Virus record (IMG/VR): IMGVR_UViG_2531839454_000013
Origin: a virus
Taxonomy: Duplodnaviria > Heunggongvirae > Uroviricota > Caudoviricetes
DNA: 23,295 nucleotides
Reading direction: 5' to 3' (one strand)
Under the pieces are notes generated by a model that saw only the letters and a list, made by a program, of their open reading frames with translations, was not told where the DNA came from and did no database searches. Below are positions 17,101 through 23,295 of this stretch, one piece after another (position 1 is the first letter of the stretch; every line of letters starts with the position of its first letter). The position numbers and the translations under genes were made by a program.

Positions 17101-17201
17101 CTGCCCTGAAGGCGGTTTATGACCTCGGGAAAAAAGCGGCAGCGGACTTTATGCAACAGCAGGCCCGTGATGGTGGTCGGTTAAGTGGAGCATATCGGTA
17201 A
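14136..17201 (+). CDS. H: Tail tape measure protein (gpH-like)
   Basis: ATG at 14136 with RBS GGAGGTG (in-frame within track ORF 14106..17201); about 1020 aa, long Gln/Arg/Ala/Glu-rich helical centre, C-terminus INNDGTNGQIGPAALKAVYD matching lambda gpH. Confidence 0.85.
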   Translation: MDQIANLVIDLGIDAAEFKNEIPRIKNLLNGAASDAERSSARMQRFMERQTQAARQTTQAASSAATAASVHAQTVEKNAQAHERMAREVEKTRQRMEALSQKMREEQAQAMALAEAQDKAAAAFYRQIDSVKQASAGLQELQRIQQQIRQARNSGGIGQQDYLALISEVTAKTRVLTQAEEEATRQKVAFIRQLKEQATRQNLSSSELLRAKAAQLGVSSAAEVYIRKMEQAGKATHSLGLKSAAARQEIGVLIGELARGNLGALRGSGITLANRAGWIDTLMSPKGMMLGGVIGGIAAAVYGLGKAWYDGQKEGEEFNRQLSLTGHYAGVTAGQLWTLSRAISGNGITQHAAAGALAQVVGSGAFRGNDIGMVARVAAQMERSVGQSVSDTINQFKRLKDDPVNAAKALDNELHFLTATQLEQIRVLGEQGRSSDAARIAMSALAEETGRRTADIDNNLNALGSTLKYLSDLWSRFWDAAMNIGREDSLDEQISALQEKVSRAKRLPWTASSSQVEYDQQRLNELQKKKRQKDLQDAKEQAEQNYQEQQKRRNAENAALNRMNETEAARHQREIARINAMQYADQAVRDAAIQRENERYEKALASGKKKTRETRNDEATRLLLQYSQQQAQVEGQIAAARQSAGIATERMTEAHKQLLALQQRISDLDGKKLTADEKSVLARKDELIQALTLLDVKQQELQKQTALNELKKKTIQLTSQLAEEERAQRQQHDLDIATVGMGDQQRQRYQVQLSLRQKYQQQLEQLRRDSEQKGTYNTDDYRKAEQALTESLNRQLNENRRYWQQLEVVQGNWKNGVLRAFQNFTVDADNTAGTAEQVFSSAFSNMGNGLATFVTTGKLNFKSFTSSVLSDMAKILAQATMMKSIKGIGSVLGFDLSSLSLNANGGIYQSADLSRYSGTVVNRPTFFAFAKGAGVMGEAGPEAILPLRRGADGKLGVVADIGGSGMAMFSPQYNIEINNDGTNGQIGPAALKAVYDLGKKAAADFMQQQARDGGRLSGAYR

Positions 17202-17530
17202 TGGAGACGTTTCACTGGAAAGTGCGCCCGGATATGAATGTGGTATCAGAGCCGAAAGTGGTGACAGTGAAGCTGGGCGATGGTTATGAACAGCGTCGTG
17301 CGGCGGGACTGAATAACCAGTTGTCGATTTACAGCGTGACGATACGTGTTCGTAAATGTGAACACCCATCTTTAAAAGCCTTTCTGGAACGGCACGGTGG
17401 CGTCCGCGCATTTCAGTGGACGCCACCTTATGACTGGAAACCGATCAGGGTGGTTTGTCGTAAATGGTCGGCAAGCGTGGGGGCGCTGTGGGTAACCATA
17501 ACGGCAGATTTTGAACAGGTCGTGGCATAG
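17201..17530 (+). CDS. M: Minor tail protein M
   Basis: Track ORF of 109 aa, clearly similar to lambda gpM (FxWKV.P.M.V.S.P.V..V..GDGY.QR..AGLN..L..YSVT; GG...F.WTPPY.W..I.V.C.KWS; FEQVV); start overlaps the H stop (TAATG). Confidence 0.85.
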   Translation: METFHWKVRPDMNVVSEPKVVTVKLGDGYEQRRAAGLNNQLSIYSVTIRVRKCEHPSLKAFLERHGGVRAFQWTPPYDWKPIRVVCRKWSASVGALWVTITADFEQVVA

Positions 17531-17539
17531 GAGGCCCTG

Positions 17540-18226
17540 ATGCAGGATATTTCACAGGAAACACATCATGAGACGACACGCCTCACTCAGTCAGCCCAGG
17601 TGGTGCTCTGGGAAATCGATCTGACAGTGGTCGGTGGTGAACGTTATTTTTTCTGTAATGAGCAGAACGATAAAGGTGAGCCGGTCACCTGGCAGGGGCG
17701 ACAGTATCAGGCGTATCCCATTCAGGGGACGGGATTTGAACTGAACGGCAAAGGCAGTGCTGCCCGTCCGACACTGACGGTTTCTAACCTGCACGGCATG
17801 GTCACCGGGATGGCGGAAGACCTGCAGAGTCTGGTCGGAGGAACGGTGGTCCGGCGTAAGGTTTACGCCCGTTTTCTGGATGCGGTGAACTTCGTCAACG
17901 GAAACAGGACGCCGATCCGGAGCAGGAGGTGATCAGCCGCTGGCGCATGAGCAGTGCAGGAACTGAGCGCGGTAGTGCCTCTTTTGTACTGTCCACGCCG
18001 ACGAAACGGAGGGCGTTTTTCCGGGACGTATCATGCTGGCCAACACCTGCACCTGGACCTATCGCGGTGAGAGTGCGGTTATAGCGGTCCGGCGTCGCGG
18101 ATGAATATGACCAGCCGACGTCCGATATCACGAAGGATAAATGCAGCAAATGCCTGAGGGCTGTAAGTTTCGCAATAACGTCGGCAACTTTGGCGGCTTC
18201 CTTTCCATTAACAAACTTTCGCAGTA
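17540..18226 (+). pseudogene. L: Minor tail protein L homologue, frame-disrupted after about codon 130
   Basis: First 130 codons are near-identical to lambda gpL, then the frame ends early (NGNRTPIRSRR*). Remaining gpL-like peptides are present but in shifted frames (DPEQEVISRWR; SASFVLSTPT; GRIMLANTCTWTYRG; VADEYDQPTSDITKDKCSKCL), needing at least 4 frame changes to reach the native stop at 18224-18226. Confidence 0.6.
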
Positions 18227-18231
18227 ATCCC

Positions 18232-18969
18232 ATGACAGAGACAGAATCAGCGATTCTGGCGCACGCCCGGCGATGTGCGCCAGCGGAGTCGTGCGGCTTC
18301 GTGGTGAGAACGCCGGAGGGGGAAAGATATTTTCCCTGCGTGAATATCTCCGGTGAGCCGGAGGCGTATTTCCGGATGTCGCCGGAGGACTGGCTGCAGG
18401 CAGAAATGCAGGGTGAGATTGTGGCGCTGGTCCACAGCCACCCCGGTGGTCTGCCCTGGCTGAGTGAGGCCGACCGGCGGCTGCAGGTGCAGAGTGATTT
18501 GCCGTGGTGGCTGGTCTGCCGGGGGGCGATTCATAAATTCCGCTGTGTGCCGCATCTCACCGGGCGGCGCTTTGAGCACGGGGTGACGGACTGTTACACG
18601 CTGTTCCGGGAGCTTACCATCTGGCGGGGATTGAGATGCCGGATTTTCATCGCGGGGATGACTGGTGGCGTAACGGTCAGAATCTCTATCTGGATAATCT
18701 GGAGGCCACAGGGCTGTATCAGGTGCCGTTGTCATCAGCACAACCGGGCGATGTGCTGCTGTGCTGTTTTGGTTCATCGGTGCCGAATCATGCCGCCATT
18801 TACTGGGGACGGCGAGCTGCTGCACCATATTCCTGAACAACTGAGCAAACGAGAGAGGTATACCGACAAATGGCAGCGACGCACACACTCCCTCTGGCGT
18901 CACCGGGCATGGCCGCATCTGCCTTTACGGGGATTTACAACGATTTGGCCGCCGCATCGACTCGTGTGA
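18232..18969 (+). pseudogene. K: Tail assembly protein K homologue (JAB/MPN HSHPGG motif plus NlpC/P60-like region), frame-disrupted
   Basis: N-terminal ~130 codons intact and lambda-like, then the frame shifts near 18610-18640. The next conserved block (MPDFHRGDDWWRNGQNLYLDNLEATGLYQVPLS..QPGDVLLCCFGSSVPNHAAIY) is in another frame (track ORF 18636..18836), and the C-terminal block (GDGELLHHIPEQLSKRERYTDKWQRRTHSLWRHRAW) is back in the first frame. Confidence 0.6.
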
Positions 18970-19478
18970 AAACGGGGGCGAAGCCATCCGGGCGCTGGCC
19001 ACAGTCCCGGCGTTTCGTCAGAACTGAGCGACGGCTGGTATCAGGTACGCATTGCCGGGCGTGATCAGAACGGATTTCGCCCGTCTTAATGACCGCTGGC
19101 AAATGGTGCTGTGATCATATGTCCGGTCGCGGGGCCAAGTGGGGGTTTCAGTTGTGCTGGGGGCGGCCGCTATTGCGGTTCTTAGGGAGACCCTTGCGCT
19201 GGGGGGAGCCATTGGCGTGTATACGGCATCTGTTTTCTCTCGGTGCCAGTATGTGCTGGGGTGTGGCCAGATGCTGGCACCGAAAGCCAGAACCCCCGAC
19301 ACAGACAACGGATAACGGCAAACAGAACACCTATTTCTCCTCACTGGATAACATGGTTGCCCAGGGCAATGTTCTGCCGTTCTGTACGGTGAAATGCGCG
19401 TGGGGTCCGGTGGTTTCTCAGGAGATCAGCACGGCAGACGAAGGGGATGGTGGTCAGGTTGTGGTGATTGGTCGCTGA
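18870..19478 (+). pseudogene. I: Tail assembly protein I homologue, frame-disrupted
   Basis: Starts MAATHTLPLASPGMA as in lambda gpI, then leaves the frame within a few codons. The conserved C-terminal half (TTDNGKQNTYFSSLDNMVAQGNVLP ... VVSQEISTADEGDGGQVVVIGR) is in track ORF 19089..19478; intervening gpI-like peptides are scattered across frames. Confidence 0.6.
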
Positions 19479-19497
19479 TGAAAATGTTTTATGTGAA

Positions 19498-19516
19498 ACC
19501 GCCTGCGGGCGGTTTT
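19498..19516 (+). terminator. Hairpin with short T-run between I and J (weak terminator or attenuator)
   Basis: ACCGCC-TGCG-GGCGGT followed by TTTT. Confidence 0.35.
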
Positions 19517-19537
19517 GTCGTTTATGGAGCGTGAGGA

Positions 19538-22500
19538 ATGGGTAAAGGAGCAGTAAGGGGCATACCCCGCGCGAAGCGAAGGACAACCTGAAGTCCACGC
19601 AGTGCTGAGTGTGATCGATGCCATCAGCGAAGGGCCGTTGAAGGTCCGGTGGATGGATTAAAAAGCGTGCTGCTGAACAGTACGCCGGTGCTGGACATGA
19701 GGGGAATACCAACATCTCCGGGTCACGGTGGTGTTCCGGGCGGTGAGCAGGAGCAGACCCGCCGGAGGGATTTGAATCCTCCGGCTCCGAGACGGTGTGG
19801 GTACGGAAGTGAAATAGACACGCCGATCACCCGCCCATCACGTCGGCAAACATCGACCGCTGCGCTTTACCTTCGGGTGCAGGCACTGGTGGAAACCACC
19901 TCAAAGGGGGACGGAATCCGTCGGAAGTCGCCTGCTGGTTCAGATCAGCGTAAGGTGGCTGGGTGACGGAAAAAGACATCACCATTAAGGGCAAAACCAC
20001 CTCGCAGTATCTGGCCTCGGTGGTGGTGGATAACCTGCCGCCGCGCCCGTTAATATCCGGATGCGCAGATGACGCCGGACAGCACCACAGACCAGCTGCA
20101 GAACAAAACGCTCTGGTCGTCATACACCGAAATCATCGATGTGAAACAGTGCTACCCGAACACGGCACTGGTCGGCGTGCAGGTGGACTCGGACAGTTCG
20201 GCAGCCAGCAGGTGAGCCGTAATTATCATCTCGCGGGCGATTCTGCAGGTGCCGTCGAACTATAACCCGCAGACGCGGCAATACAGCGGTATCTGGGACG
20301 GAACGTTTAACCGCATACAGCAACAACATGGCCTGGTGTCTGTGGGATATGCTGACCCATCCGCGCTACGGCATGGGGAAACGTCTTGGTGCGGCGATGT
20401 GGAAAATGGGCGCTGTATGTCATCGGCCAGATGCGACCAGTCGGTGCCGGACGGCTTTGGCGGCACGGAGCCCGCATCACCTGTAATGCGTACCTGACCA
20501 CACAGCGCAAGGCGTGGGATGTGCTCAGTGATTTCTGCTCGGCGATGCGCTGTATGCCGGTATGGAACGGGCAGACGCTGACGTTCGTGCAGGACCGACC
20601 TCGATAAGGTGTGGACCTATAACCGCAGTAATGTGGTGATGCCGGATGATGGCGCGCCGTTCCGCTACAGCTTCAGCGCCCTGAAGGACCGCCATAATGC
20701 CGTTGAGGTGAACTGGATTGACCCGAATAACGGCTGGGAGACGGCGACAGAGCTTGTGGAGGACACGCAGGCCATTGCCCGTTACGGTCGTAACGTCACG
20801 AAGATGGATGCTTTTGGCTGTACCAGCCGGGGGCAGGCACACCGAGCCGGGCTGTGGCTGATTAAAACGGAACTGCTGGAAACGCAGACCGTGGACTTCA
20901 GCGTGGGTGCGGAAGGGCTTCGCCATGTACCGGGCGATGTCATTGAAATCTGCGATGATGACTATGCGGGTATCAGCACCGGTGGTCGCGTGCTGGCGGT
21001 GAACAGCCAGACCCGGACGCTGACGCTCGACCGTGAAATCACGCTGCCATCCTCCGGCACCACGCTGATAAGCCTGGTTGACGGTGAGGGTAATCCGGTC
21101 AGCGTGGAGGTCCAGTCCGTCACCGACGGCGTGAAGGTGAAAGTGAGCCGTGTTCCTGACGGCGTTGCTGAATACAGCGTTGGGGGCTGAAGTGCCGACG
21201 TTGCGCCAGCGCCTGTTCCGCTGCGTGAGTATCCGTGAGAACGACGACGGCACGTATGCCATCACGCCGTGCAGCATGTACCGGAAAAGAGGCCATCGTG
21301 GATAACGGGGCGCACTTTGACGGCGACCAGAGCGGCACGGTAATGGTGTCACGCCGCCAGCGTGCAGCACCTGACGCGAAGTCACCGCAGACAGCGGGGA
21401 ATACAGGTGCTGGCCGCTGGGACACGCCGAAGGTGGTGAAGGGGTGAGCTTTGCTTCGCCTGACCGTCAGCGGAGACGGCAGTGAGCGGCTGGTCAGCAC
21501 GGCCCGGACGACGAAACCACATACCGCTTCAGCACTGGCGCTGGGGCGTTACAGCTGACGGTCCGGGCGGTAAATGCGTGGGGCAGCAGGGCGATCCGGC
21601 ATCGGTATCGTTCCGGATTGCCGCACCGGCAGCGCCGTCGCAGATTGAGCTGACACCCGGGTATTTTCAGATAACCGCCACGCCGCATCTTGCGGTTTAT
21701 GATCCGACGGTACAGTTTGAGTTCTGGTTCTCGGAAAAGCGGATTGCGGATATCAGGCAGGTTGAAACCAGCGCGCGTTATCTTGGTACGGCGCTGTACT
21801 GGATAGCCGCCAGTATCAATATCAGGCCGGGCCATGATTATTATTTTTACGTTCGCAGTGTGAATACCGTTGGCAAATCGGCATTCGTGGAGGCTGTTGG
21901 TCGGCCGAGTGATGATGCTTCCGGCTATCTGGATTTTTTCAAAGGCGAGATAGGGAAAAGCCATCTGGCTCAGGAGTTGTGGACGCAGATTGATAACGGT
22001 CAGCTTGCGCCTGACCTGGCTGAAATCAGGACGTCCATTACGGATGTCAGCAATGAAATCACACAGACCGTCAATAAGAAACTGGAAGATCAGAGTGCAG
22101 CGATCCAGCAGATACAGAAGGTTCAGGTTGATACAAATAATAACCTGAACAGCATGTGGGCTGTGAAGCTGCAGCAGATGCAGGACGGACGCCTTTATAT
22201 CGCGGGTATCGGTGCCGGTATTGAGAATACGCCTGCAGGAATGCAGAGTCAGGTGCTGCTGGCGGCAGACAGGATTGCGATGATTAATCCTGCAAATGGC
22301 AACACAAAACCGATGTTTGTTGGTCAGGGTGATCAGATATTCATGAATGAAGTGTTCCTGAAATATCTGACGGCTCCCACCATTACCAGCGGCGGTAATC
22401 CTCCTGCATTTTCCCTGACACCGGACGGAAAGCTGACCGCTAAAAATGCAGATATCAGTGGCAGTGTGAATGCGAACTCCGGGACGCTCAACAACGTTAC

Positions 22501-22966
22501 GATAAATGAGAACTGTCAGATTAAAGGGAAACTGTCAGCCAACCAGATTGAAGGCGATATTGTCAAAACAGTGGGTAAGGCTTTCCCGCGGGACTCCCGG
22601 GCACCGGAGCGGTGGCCATCAGGGACCATTACCGTCAGGATTTATGACGATCAGCCGTTTGACCGGCAGATTGTTATTCCGGCGGTGGCATTCAGCGGTG
22701 CTAAACATGAGAGAGAGCATACTGATATTTACTCCTCATGCCGCCTGATAGTGAAGAAAAATGGTGCTGAAATTTATAACCGTACCGCGCTGGATAATAC
22801 GCTGATTTACAGTGGTGTTATTGATATGCCAGCTGGTCACGGCCACATGACGCTGGAGTTTTCGGTGTCAGCATGGCTGGTAAATGACTGGTATCCCACA
22901 GCAAGTATCAGCGATTTGCTGGTTGTGGTGATGAAGAAAGCCACCGCAGGCATCAGTATCAGCTGA
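19538..22966 (+). pseudogene. J: Tail tip / host specificity protein J homologue; N-terminal ~2 kb fragmented by frame disruptions, C-terminal 494 codons (21482..22966) intact
   Basis: ATG at 19538 with RBS GAGGA begins MGKG... but stops after 17 codons. J-like peptides then appear across all three frames (track ORFs 19649..19966, 19963..20265, 20249..20497, 20386..20607, 20609..21190, 21235..21447). From 21482 to 22966 a single frame is intact and J-like, with a divergent last ~150 residues. Confidence 0.6.
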
Positions 22967-22985
22967 ATTTTATAACCCATATACG

Positions 22986-23009
22986 GGCGCCAGAAATGGC
23001 GCCTTTTTT
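22986..23009 (+). terminator. Rho-independent terminator after J
   Basis: GGCGCC-AGAAAT-GGCGCC perfect hairpin followed by T6. Confidence 0.65.
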
Positions 23010-23112
23010 ATTGCAGAAAAGCGAGAGGTGTAACCGGCTCATTTAAACCGTCTGGTCTGTTTCCTCCGGCTCTACAAAAATAATGTCCATCATTTTTAAT
23101 GGACACTATCGT

Positions 23113-23295
23113 ATGAAACACCGGACCTGGATCACTGAAGCTTTACGTCTTCACTTTGAAGAACATTTACCCCGGGTTGTGGCCGGGCGTCGCCTGGGTG
23201 TACCAAAATCAACAGTTTGTAGTATGTTCGTGCGCTTTCGGAGAGCTGGCCTTTCGTGGCCTTTGCCCGCAGGCATGTCGGAGCAGGAACTTGAT
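23113..23295 (+). CDS. N-terminal part of an HTH protein, probably an insertion-sequence transposase; 3' end beyond the window
   Basis: ATG at 23113, frame open to the window end. MKHRTWITEALRLHFEEHLPRVVAGRRLGVPKSTVCSMFVRFRRAGLSWPLPAGMSEQELD shows a helix-turn-helix followed by a GLxxPLP segment typical of IS transposase N-termini. Preceded by an inverted repeat ATGTCCAT-N8-ATGGACA (23083-23105). IS family not assigned. Confidence 0.4.
   Translation, partial: MKHRTWITEALRLHFEEHLPRVVAGRRLGVPKSTVCSMFVRFRRAGLSWPLPAGMSEQELD

Noticed and set aside
18247-18918. 223-aa minus-strand ORF
   Set aside because: Antisense to gpK; Arg/Pro-rich; no independent support.
20525-21385. 286-aa minus-strand ORF, the longest antisense ORF in the window
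   Set aside because: Antisense to J; Arg/His/Ala-rich shadow-ORF composition; it only looks long because the sense strand is GC-rich.

Overview
This window is the late region of a cos-packaging lambdoid (lambda-like) enterobacterial prophage, read left to right on the + strand. Identification is by reading the supplied ORF translations and the sequence by eye against remembered lambda and T5 proteins; no searches were run. Gene order: 3' part of an orphan beta-class DNA methyltransferase; a four-tRNA cluster (Ile2-CAU, Arg-UCU, Thr-UGU, Gly-UCC) with its own promoter and terminator; a TerB-like protein translationally coupled to a small membrane protein, closed by a terminator (a moron in the slot where Stx phages carry stx); a lysis cassette (two multi-TM holin-like proteins, T5-type M15 endolysin, a small lipoprotein); a cos site; terminase small and large subunits (Nu1/gpA-like); gpW; portal; a single ORF fusing ClpP-like prohead protease, scaffold and major capsid; DUF2190-like protein; FII, Z, U, V, G/GT, tape measure H, M, L, K, I, J homologues; a terminator; and the start of an HTH transposase-like ORF. 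The most striking observation is that V (N-terminus), L, K, I and the N-terminal ~60% of J are broken by many small frame disruptions while the head module, H and the J C-terminus are intact. This means either a defective, decaying prophage or localised consensus error. The best candidate for an undescribed system is the terminator-bounded TerB-like plus small membrane protein module. No CRISPR array, integrase or att site is visible. Nucleotide coordinates read by eye may be off by 1-2 nt; ORF-track coordinates were used where available.
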